Shown piece by piece: positions 1 through 7,159 of a DNA stretch of 14,215 nucleotides. A program made the position numbers and the translations under genes. The first letter of the stretch is position 1, and the number at the start of each line of letters is the position of its first letter. The notes under the pieces are model-generated. The model was not told where the DNA came from, did no database searches, and saw nothing but the letters and a program-made list of their open reading frames with translations. The stretch comes from an uncultured Verrucomicrobiales bacterium (GTDB lineage Bacteria; Verrucomicrobiota; Verrucomicrobiia; Verrucomicrobiales; DEV007): positions 1 through 14,215 of the forward strand of contig CALKOM010000090.1 of the NCBI GenBank assembly GCA_938091905.1, in the 5' to 3' direction.

Positions 1-149
1 CAATCACCCGTAGCGACGGAAACCAGAAGAGATTTGACGAAGGAGACCGGGGAGATGGCCCTGGCTTTGCGCTTGAGCCAGCCAGTCTTCCTGGCGATGG
101 AATCGATGAGAGAGGGTTTAGCGAAAGTAGAAGAGTTGCAAATTTGCAC
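1..149 (-). CDS. IS4-family transposase, N-terminal fragment (partial; start GTG 149 or TTG 167)
   Basis: Manual translation gives (V/M)QICNSSTFAKPSLIDSIARKTGWLKRKARAISPVSFVKSLLVSVATGD, open to the window edge. The 'IARKTGWLKRK..IS...F' segment resembles the IS231-type transposase N-terminus (ARxxGFxxRxRK). Not in the ORF track because it has no stop codon in the window. Confidence 0.78.
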   Translation of the reverse strand, partial: MQICNSSTFAKPSLIDSIARKTGWLKRKARAISPVSFVKSLLVSVATGD

Positions 150-238
150 CCAGAGCGGAATGCGCAACTCCGTTAGGTCAAGCGATCATTTCAACATAAC
201 ACATTTATTTCCAGCGAGTTACACTGTTTCCGCCGCTC

Positions 239-256
239 CTTAACCTGACGCCTATG
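239..256 (-). repeat. Left terminal inverted repeat of the IS4-family element
   Basis: Plus-strand cttaacctgacgcctatg is the reverse complement of CATAGGCGTCAGGTTAAG. The partner repeat lies outside the window and cannot be checked. Confidence 0.75.
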
Positions 257-267
257 GGGCAGAGCCC
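257..267. repeat. Probable 11-bp target site duplication (one copy)
   Basis: GGGCAGAGCCC directly abuts the inverted repeat and matches the IS231A target consensus GGG(N)5CCC. Confidence 0.7.
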
Positions 268-400
268 TTGCTTGTCTCCTCTGTAGGCCTTGGTCCTCCT
301 CAGCCGGGCCGAATACCTAACAGCGTACGATTCGCTCAGAACGGTAACCTTGCCTCGAATTCACCCACGGATTCTGCTAAAGACCCTTTTTTTTAAAAGG

Positions 401-1553
401 ATGTTCCGATACGCCATCATCGCTCTGTGTCTCGCCCTGCCACTTCACGCCGAGATCGCTCACGATTCCACGGTTCTGCTTTGGCCGAAGGGAGCTCCGC
501 AAGCTATAGGCGACAAGGTAACCGATCAGCCTGCTCTCACCATCCACTTTCCACCTGAGGACAAAGCTAACGGCGCTGCGGTCATCGTGAATCCTGGGGG
601 TGGCTACCAGATTCTGGCCTCAGATCACGAAGGCTTGCAGGCCGCCCGAGAGCTGAATCGACATGGAATCACGGCCTTCGTCCTCCGGTATCGCCTGAAG
701 CCAGACTATCAACCTGCGGTCGCTTTGTTAGATGGGCAACGTGCCATTCGCCATGTCCGCACCCACGCGAAGAATTATGGTGTCGATCCCCGACGAATCG
801 GGATGTTAGGGTTCTCAGCCGGTGGACATTTGACTGCGGCTGTTGGCACTGCGAAGAGCGAGTACGATCTCAGATCCGACGATCCCTTAGAACGCGTCAG
901 CTCCCGCCCCGATTTCTTAGTGCCAATCTATCCCGCCATTTCGAAGACACTGTTTCCCAAAGCAAGGCAAGAGAATGAAACCTGGGGCTCATTAGAGAAA
1001 CAAGTTACCAAAGACACACCTCCAACATTTCTGGTCCACGCGCACGAAGACGGACTCTCACCGAATCACAGCGTCTATTTCTTATCAGGCCCTACTCGAA
1101 AATAAGGTCCAGGCCGAGCTACACGTCTTCGGGAAAGGCCCCCATGGTACGGGAATTGCCCCGGGCGATCCCGATCTTGGTCAGTGGCCAAACCTGCTCG
1201 TTAAGTGGATGAGACGAAATGGATTCTTAACATCCACTCCGAGGCAGGAACTCAAGGGTAGCGTCACCGTGAACGGCAACCCTCTCTTCTGGGGCTGGGT
1301 CACCTTCTATCCAAGCAACGAAACCTATCCTGTGGCCAACGCCTACATAGGGTGGAAAGGCAAGGGTGAATTCACGATCACTGCTGTCGATGGTCCCTGC
1401 TTGGGCAACTACCGCGTTGAAGTCTACGAGGTCGCCACGGAATTCAACGATCCAAAGTCAGGGGCCTACTCGATGAAAGATGCCAAGCGGTACGAGACCA
1501 CGATGGAAATTACGGAATCAAATAAGGGTGATCTAACGGTGAATGTGCGTTAA
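401..1553 (+). pseudogene. Secreted alpha/beta-hydrolase (acetyl-esterase / BD-FAE-like) with a C-terminal beta-sandwich domain, interrupted by a +1 frameshift at about 1082 (real pseudogene or sequence error)
   Basis: ATG401 gives the signal peptide MFRYAIIALCLALPLHA, then PGGGY, YRL, the GFSAGG nucleophile elbow and TPPTFLVH..ED. Removing one T at 1082/1083 gives ...NHSVYFYQALLENKVQAELHVFGKGPHGTGIAPGDPDLGQWPNLLVKWMRRNG. This restores the catalytic His motif and joins ORF 1209..1553 into one 383-aa frame. Confidence 0.85.
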
Positions 1554-1591
1554 AATCTTTTGCTCGCTCTAGACCGCCAGGATCGATTCAG

Positions 1592-2878
1592 CTAGAAGCT
1601 CATCGCCGCGCTGGCCAACTCGTTCCAATAAGTCACGCGCCCTTCACGGTGTTTCACGAAGCGTAGTTCACCATCGTGGGACAGAACCAATCCCGTGATA
1701 CTGGTGACCGCATTGCAGAGACGGTAAACCGAGCGATGCCTCATTCCCTGGCTTTCCGTGGCTTCGAGGCGTACCTTCTCACCTTCAGCGTCGAGAGCCC
1801 GCGCGACGCGTTTGACGTCCGATAGCTCGGTGATTTCCGCTCCAAACCCTAACAGCTCAAAGTTTCTTGTAAGGATAACCGCACCATCAATGGCAGTAAG
1901 ACTTGCGATGAGGTAAGCGAGTTCAGATAGCGCCTCGTCGAGGTCTTGCAATTGGCCCTTCTTTGCCGCCCCCACATATTCGGCCCAACCAACAGATGTT
2001 TCCGAGCCAATATGAAGACCTGCGAGACCGTTTAGTACCTGGACCACGAGCGAGGAAAATCGGCGACGCGTGGCCACCGGGGTGAAGCGATACTTGAAAT
2101 TGAAGAATTTGTTATCGATGGAGAATTCTTCAGCACGATCATTTGGCACGAAGAGGATGCTGCTTCCATTAGACGTATCCCGCATGGCGCGAATAAGCCG
2201 TTTCATGAAACCGCGGAAGAGGTCACTGACAAAGCTCTCTGCAATCGGCGCCCAGGCTGTTACCTTGGCCGAATCTCTAGCGTTCTGATGCAATTGCAGA
2301 ACATCAGTTCGCATCTCAGCGAAGAGACGAGTCAACCATTCCGAATCCAACACGTCAGAACTGGGGCTGGAGAGGCGACCACCCTGCAAGGTAGCAACGA
2401 TGTCTGAGCCCCGACAAAGTGTGAGTTCACTCGGCCCCGATACCTGGACAACGGGTACCTGAGGCAGGTCAGGTGGGTCCTTGGCTCCCCCGGTCATTGC
2501 CTCCGACCAGAGAATTCCAGAGTGAACGATGCCCCAAATCTCCCATTTCTTCTCTGAGTTCAGATGAACCCCAATGAGCGCCCGATGGAAATCCGTGGCT
2601 GGAGAAAGACGCCTCAATTCATTCCGGTTGAAACGGCGGGGTTTTACAAAGACCAAGCGATGTAGACCACGAGGAGGCCCCTCCGCAGCGGGTAAACTAT
2701 CAGCATCACACAGAAGGAGACGGAACTTGATAGGACGAGCTTCTTCTCGAAGCAAGCTGGCGTGATAACACGTCGAGAGCAGAATCTCAACGTGCTTCAG
2801 CGCGGGCAATGATCGTGATTTGCCCCATTCCTTTTTGGCATAGACTGCCAAGTCCTTGGGAAAGGCATCTCGCATCAT
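1592..2878 (-). CDS. Diadenylate cyclase (DisA_N/DAC domain) with an N-terminal DACNV-type putative sensor domain
   Basis: DAC catalytic motifs IDGAVIL (DGA at 1880-1888), LLGFGAEI, GMRHRS (RHR at 1733-1741) and VLSHDG. The N-terminus ASLLREE..F..P.....ELRRLSPA...IGV...IWG fits DACNV as I recall it. No obvious transmembrane helix. Start is GTG2881, ATG2878 or ATG2875, with GGTAGG upstream. Confidence 0.85.
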   Translation of the reverse strand: MMRDAFPKDLAVYAKKEWGKSRSLPALKHVEILLSTCYHASLLREEARPIKFRLLLCDADSLPAAEGPPRGLHRLVFVKPRRFNRNELRRLSPATDFHRALIGVHLNSEKKWEIWGIVHSGILWSEAMTGGAKDPPDLPQVPVVQVSGPSELTLCRGSDIVATLQGGRLSSPSSDVLDSEWLTRLFAEMRTDVLQLHQNARDSAKVTAWAPIAESFVSDLFRGFMKRLIRAMRDTSNGSSILFVPNDRAEEFSIDNKFFNFKYRFTPVATRRRFSSLVVQVLNGLAGLHIGSETSVGWAEYVGAAKKGQLQDLDEALSELAYLIASLTAIDGAVILTRNFELLGFGAEITELSDVKRVARALDAEGEKVRLEATESQGMRHRSVYRLCNAVTSITGLVLSHDGELRFVKHREGRVTYWNELASAAMSF

Positions 2879-2935
2879 CACCTACCATTACTACTGGTAG
2901 TCCAATGGCGCGAGCGATTTCTTAAAGAGGCCTAA

Positions 2936-5353
2936 CTAATAGATGAAGTTTTGCAATCGTATCTTCGCGGCACGAGCTCTCGCTTCGTCTGAGCGATCTC
3001 CATTAAAGCCGGCAAGCTCATCAGCCCGACGCGCTGCATCATGAAACTTCGATTGAGCTTCCACCAGCGCAATGGTCTCAAATCCCGCCCGATACACCCA
3101 CCGGTTGCAAACCGGTTTATCATCAAGAGGCGCCCCATCAAAGCGCTCCTGATAATCGCGAACAACTTGGCTAAACGTCCCCAATGCTTCTTCACGAGAG
3201 TTTAGGGCAAGCTGCACCATACCTATCCGATACTTCGATTGATCTCTCCAATCAACTGCGAGATCGGGGATGGTGAGGGCCTCTTGGAAGAGGCGAATCG
3301 ACTCCTCTCCTGCCTTGGCGTCATGGTCAGCGAACAACGCCTTGCTCTCCCCCTTTCCTATTAATGCACGGACTCGAAGGTGTGACTGACGGCTCAGTCG
3401 AAGAACTTCGTCCCACTGACTCTCCGCTCCCGTTCGATCGTCGATCAAGCAATGGACAAGTGCACTTCCGTGTCTCGCAAGGAGTTGAGTCTGCCCCTCA
3501 GTGAGGTCAATCACTCGTCCCCATTCCTTAATCGCCGCATCAAAATCACCGAGCCGTTGATCGAGAGTGGCCTGCAGGAATCCACTTTGAACACTCGTTC
3601 CATCGGTCCCCGATTGCGATAAAGCCAAGATCGACTTGTTCACTGAGGAATCCACCTCACCTCTCTCAATGCGAAGCTCTACTTGACGCGCCGCCACATT
3701 CGGTAGGAAGGCACTGTCAGGGAAATCACTTCGAAACTTTGTGATCAAATCCTGAGCCCGACCCTGCTGACCAAGGGCTATGGCCGACCAAAGCTCCAGG
3801 TATTGCAATCGGTCTCGTTCAAAATCTTTCGGAAGTTCCTTCAGAGCCAGCTTAAGACATCGCCCAACCTTCTTTGGGTCGATAATATTTGCCATCAATG
3901 CTAACTCGAGCCTAGCAATCAGAGCTTCTAATCGACGTGGGTGGATTGGATAGGCGAGCAAGAACTCTCTGAGAGCTTCATCTGCAAGTCGGTCGCGATC
4001 TTCCGTCCTCGCCAAGAGCAATGCCCTAAGATACACAGCTTCACCTCCTAACAGATTCTGGACTGCGGGCTCCGCCGCCTCATACAGCCCACGCATCGCC
4101 ATTTCATGGGCTTGTCGATCAGCCGAAGACAGGGTCAGAACAGCCGTGTTGAACGCTGCGACTTTGGGGAGTTCATCGTCTTCACTTGTGCCTCGGACGC
4201 GAGAGAACGCGGCAAGAGCGTCATCTCCGCGCCCCACTTCAAACTGAGCCAGTCCCTTGATGGCAAGAAGTTCCGATAACCTTTCGGACTCTGCCAGAGC
4301 TGGCTCTGCATTCTCTTCAATGAATGTGAGACAGGCAGTCGCATTCCCACCATCAAGCGACCATCGCGCACGTAGCACAAGAGACTCTTCGAATGCATAT
4401 TGCCCTGGCTCGATTACGTCTAGCGCCGAGATAGCCGGCGTGTATTCGCCAACTGACCCATGCTCTTTTGAAATGGCAAGAGCGATCAAAGCCCGCAGAT
4501 TCCCGCCTCGTTCAGACGCCCAGGTTTGCCAAGCATTGCGTTGGGCAGGGGTCTTGAAGGCGTCGGCCTCTTCCAACAATCCGATAGCATCCTGATCACC
4601 TACAGATGGCGAGAATTCTTCAAGATACTCCCTGAGAATCTCAGCCGCACTTTCACGTTGAGCTGGGCGCTTGGCCAGTCGCTGCATTGACAGGCCAAGA
4701 TAAATCTTGGCCAACCAATCCCTCGGCAGCCCGTCAGAATTCTGACGGAGACGTTCGAATCGGTTGATCGCGTCATCAATGTCGTCTGTCTCCAGTGAAG
4801 ACTGGGCATTCAGGTGGGAAAGTCGCGCACTGACATAATCCACGCGAATGTCGTTAGAATCAGACCACGGTTCTAAAAGAGCATCTGCCTCATCGAGCTG
4901 ACCTGCATCCAATTTAAACGTGGCCAATGAAAGCGACGCTGGAAGAGCCAGCGAATGCTTGGGGTGACGTTTTACGAACTGTGCGAGCGCGAACTCGGCT
5001 TGCCTCGTCTTGTTCATACCCAGCGCCACCTGCGCCTCCCAGAAAGGTATCCCTTCGTCATTCTGCAGTTCTTTGGAACCGAGCAGCAGTTCCGCCTGCT
5101 CCCAGGCGCCGCTTCGCAGCGCAATTTCAAGCAGTCGCTGCACGACATGTTGGTCATGCTCTCCGCCGAGCAGTCCATTGTAGATATTCTCCGCGACGTC
5201 TAACAAGCCATGACGATACGCGTGCTCCGCCTGATCCAATGTAGACGCAAAAGCCCTACGGGTGAGACCCATAGGGCTTGCTAAAAACAGAGACGCAACC
5301 AGTATCGATAGAAGACGTCGACAGCGTAGACGTCTTAGGAGGTCGCCCCGCAT
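2936..5353 (-). CDS. Large exported tetratricopeptide-repeat (alpha-solenoid) protein, 805 aa
   Basis: Long Ala/Leu-rich helical ORF with TPR-like units (e.g. FVKRHPKHSLALPASL, FLLAYPIHPRRLEALI, FRSDFPDSAFLPNV, YRIGMVQLALNSREEALGTFSQVV). Basic-then-hydrophobic N-terminus ending in AFA suggests a signal peptide. Starts 2 nt after the rpoD stop. Confidence 0.85.
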   Translation of the reverse strand: MRGDLLRRLRCRRLLSILVASLFLASPMGLTRRAFASTLDQAEHAYRHGLLDVAENIYNGLLGGEHDQHVVQRLLEIALRSGAWEQAELLLGSKELQNDEGIPFWEAQVALGMNKTRQAEFALAQFVKRHPKHSLALPASLSLATFKLDAGQLDEADALLEPWSDSNDIRVDYVSARLSHLNAQSSLETDDIDDAINRFERLRQNSDGLPRDWLAKIYLGLSMQRLAKRPAQRESAAEILREYLEEFSPSVGDQDAIGLLEEADAFKTPAQRNAWQTWASERGGNLRALIALAISKEHGSVGEYTPAISALDVIEPGQYAFEESLVLRARWSLDGGNATACLTFIEENAEPALAESERLSELLAIKGLAQFEVGRGDDALAAFSRVRGTSEDDELPKVAAFNTAVLTLSSADRQAHEMAMRGLYEAAEPAVQNLLGGEAVYLRALLLARTEDRDRLADEALREFLLAYPIHPRRLEALIARLELALMANIIDPKKVGRCLKLALKELPKDFERDRLQYLELWSAIALGQQGRAQDLITKFRSDFPDSAFLPNVAARQVELRIERGEVDSSVNKSILALSQSGTDGTSVQSGFLQATLDQRLGDFDAAIKEWGRVIDLTEGQTQLLARHGSALVHCLIDDRTGAESQWDEVLRLSRQSHLRVRALIGKGESKALFADHDAKAGEESIRLFQEALTIPDLAVDWRDQSKYRIGMVQLALNSREEALGTFSQVVRDYQERFDGAPLDDKPVCNRWVYRAGFETIALVEAQSKFHDAARRADELAGFNGDRSDEARARAAKIRLQNFIY

Positions 5354-5355
5354 GG

Positions 5356-7113
5356 CTAGAGCTGAGGCATCTCGATAAAGCCTTCCAGCTTTCTAATGCG
5401 GGTCGGGTGACGCATCTTGCGAAGAGCCTTCGCTTCGATCTGGCGAATACGCTCACGAGTAACCTGGAACTGTTTGCCAACCTCCTCTAGCGTGCGGCTG
5501 TAGCCGTCAACCAAACCAAAGCGCTGCTCTAACACTTGGCGTTCACGTTCTGTCAGAGTATCCAGAACATCTTTTATCTTGTCTCGGAGAAGCGAGAAAC
5601 CCGTCATCTCCATTGGATCTTCAGCGGCCTTGTCCTCAATAAAATCACCAAAGCTGGTATCATCACTCTCACCAACCGGAGCCTGGAGAGAGATGGGTTG
5701 CTGAGCCATGCGCAAGACGGCTCGAACACGCTCCACGGGAAGGTGAATCTCCTCGGCAATCTCATCGGGGCTTGGCTCGCGACCATACTCTTGCACTAGC
5801 TGCTTTTGCACCCGCATGAGTTTATTGATCGTCTCGATCATGTGAACCGGAATGCGGATCGTCCTTGCCTGATCTGCAATAGAACGCGTGATCGCCTGAC
5901 GGATCCACCATGTCGCGTAGGTCGAGAATTTGTAACCACGGCGATACTCAAACTTCTCCACTGCCTTCATGAGGCCCATGTTTCCTTCCTGAATCAGGTC
6001 AAGAAACGATAGCCCTCGGTTTGTATACTTCTTCGCGATGGAAATGACCAATCGCAGGTTCGCCTCGACCATTTCTGTCTTGGCCTGGAGCGCCTCCTGC
6101 AGCCAGTGCTTGAGCTGCGCGTAGTTCTCTTTGAATTCGCTGGTCAAGAACCACGTGGCTTCAGCCGCAGCCGAAATCTCTGCCTTCACGGGGGCGGTCT
6201 TCGGACGAGCCCAGAGCTTAGTCAGCCTTTCTTCAAGAGCGTCGATGTGACTTACAAACTCCTCAATAATTTTGTGTTTAAAGTAGAAGCGATTATAAGT
6301 GCGCTGCAGCGTTGAAACTTGCTTTTTGATATCGTCGGCAAGTGCGGCAGGCATGTTCTTATCAGCCGAAACGTAGCCCATCCGCTTTACCTGCAAGATT
6401 TGCATCGCCGCAGTCTGCTCACGGAGACGATCACACAGTCGAGGAAGCGCCTTGAGATAGCGCTCTCGGCTTTCGATCTTCTTGTCGATGATGACCTTAT
6501 CGAAGCGCTCAGAACCTTCGAGCAACCTATGAGCAAGTGCCAGGAAAGGATCGCACGACGGGCCAAACGAAAACAGGAGCTTCTGAACCCAGTTCTCTGC
6601 CTTCTCGATTCGCTTGGAAATCTCGACCTCTTGCTCCCGAGTCAGCAGCGGGACCTGACCCATCTGCTTGAGATACATCCGGACAGGATCATCAAGAGAA
6701 TCATACTTCGGAGCCTCTGCTTTGGCTGGCTTCTCTCGGTCTTTCGCCACCTCTTTAACACGATCCACTTCAGCTGCGTGAATCACTTCAAACTCCATGC
6801 TCTCAAGACGATGGAGAACTTCGTCTAGTCCCTCTGGAGCGATCAGAGTTGCAGGCAAGGCGTCATTGACATCGTCGAAGGTCAAGTAACCCTGTTCCTT
6901 TGCAAGTTTGATGAGATCCCTTAGTTTCTCCTGGATTTCGGGAGAATCGACAGCGGAAAGCTTGCGATTAGGAGGAGTTAAGACAGCGGCGGCGGCTTTC
7001 GTTTTCTGTTTCCCGTTGTCTACTGGTCGTCGCCTTCGTATTCGGCGTGAGGGCTTAAGTTTAACTATTGCGTGAGTATCAATCCTACTAGTCGTCTTCC
7101 TACTTTGTGCCAT
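5356..7113 (-). CDS. rpoD: RNA polymerase primary sigma factor (sigma70)
   Basis: Region 1.1 ([21 protein letters not shown]), 1.2 ([25 protein letters not shown]), 2 ([61 protein letters not shown]), 3 and 4 ([30 protein letters not shown]). Confidence 0.99.
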   Translation of the reverse strand: MAQSRKTTSRIDTHAIVKLKPSRRIRRRRPVDNGKQKTKAAAAVLTPPNRKLSAVDSPEIQEKLRDLIKLAKEQGYLTFDDVNDALPATLIAPEGLDEVLHRLESMEFEVIHAAEVDRVKEVAKDREKPAKAEAPKYDSLDDPVRMYLKQMGQVPLLTREQEVEISKRIEKAENWVQKLLFSFGPSCDPFLALAHRLLEGSERFDKVIIDKKIESRERYLKALPRLCDRLREQTAAMQILQVKRMGYVSADKNMPAALADDIKKQVSTLQRTYNRFYFKHKIIEEFVSHIDALEERLTKLWARPKTAPVKAEISAAAEATWFLTSEFKENYAQLKHWLQEALQAKTEMVEANLRLVISIAKKYTNRGLSFLDLIQEGNMGLMKAVEKFEYRRGYKFSTYATWWIRQAITRSIADQARTIRIPVHMIETINKLMRVQKQLVQEYGREPSPDEIAEEIHLPVERVRAVLRMAQQPISLQAPVGESDDTSFGDFIEDKAAEDPMEMTGFSLLRDKIKDVLDTLTERERQVLEQRFGLVDGYSRTLEEVGKQFQVTRERIRQIEAKALRKMRHPTRIRKLEGFIEMPQL

Positions 7114-7159
7114 ATGATAGGGTGCTGTTGAGGGACGCCGTCAGAAAGGGTGGGGTTCT

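Larger units (their letters stand above)
1..256 (-). mobile_element. IS4-family insertion sequence (IS231-like), left end; the element continues beyond the window start
   Basis: The minus strand at 256->239 reads CATAGGCGTCAGGTTAAG, matching the CAT-N10-TTAAG shape of IS231-type terminal inverted repeats. A transposase-like reading frame starts inside it, and GGG-N5-CCC lies immediately outside it. Confidence 0.82.

Noticed and set aside
34..243. 69-aa plus-strand ORF
   Set aside because: Antisense shadow of the IS transposase start and inverted repeat; no recognisable motif.
290..400. TTG290 start for the hydrolase
   Set aside because: ATG401 gives a clean signal peptide, and the upstream extension looks non-coding.
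1554..1591. Possible bidirectional terminator between the convergent hydrolase and cyclase genes
   Set aside because: No convincing GC-rich stem with a U-tract is visible.
1592..5353. TPR plus cyclase as a CBASS-like anti-phage system
   Set aside because: No effector gene is nearby, the TPR protein appears exported while the cyclase appears cytoplasmic, and the context is housekeeping. Not supportable from this window.
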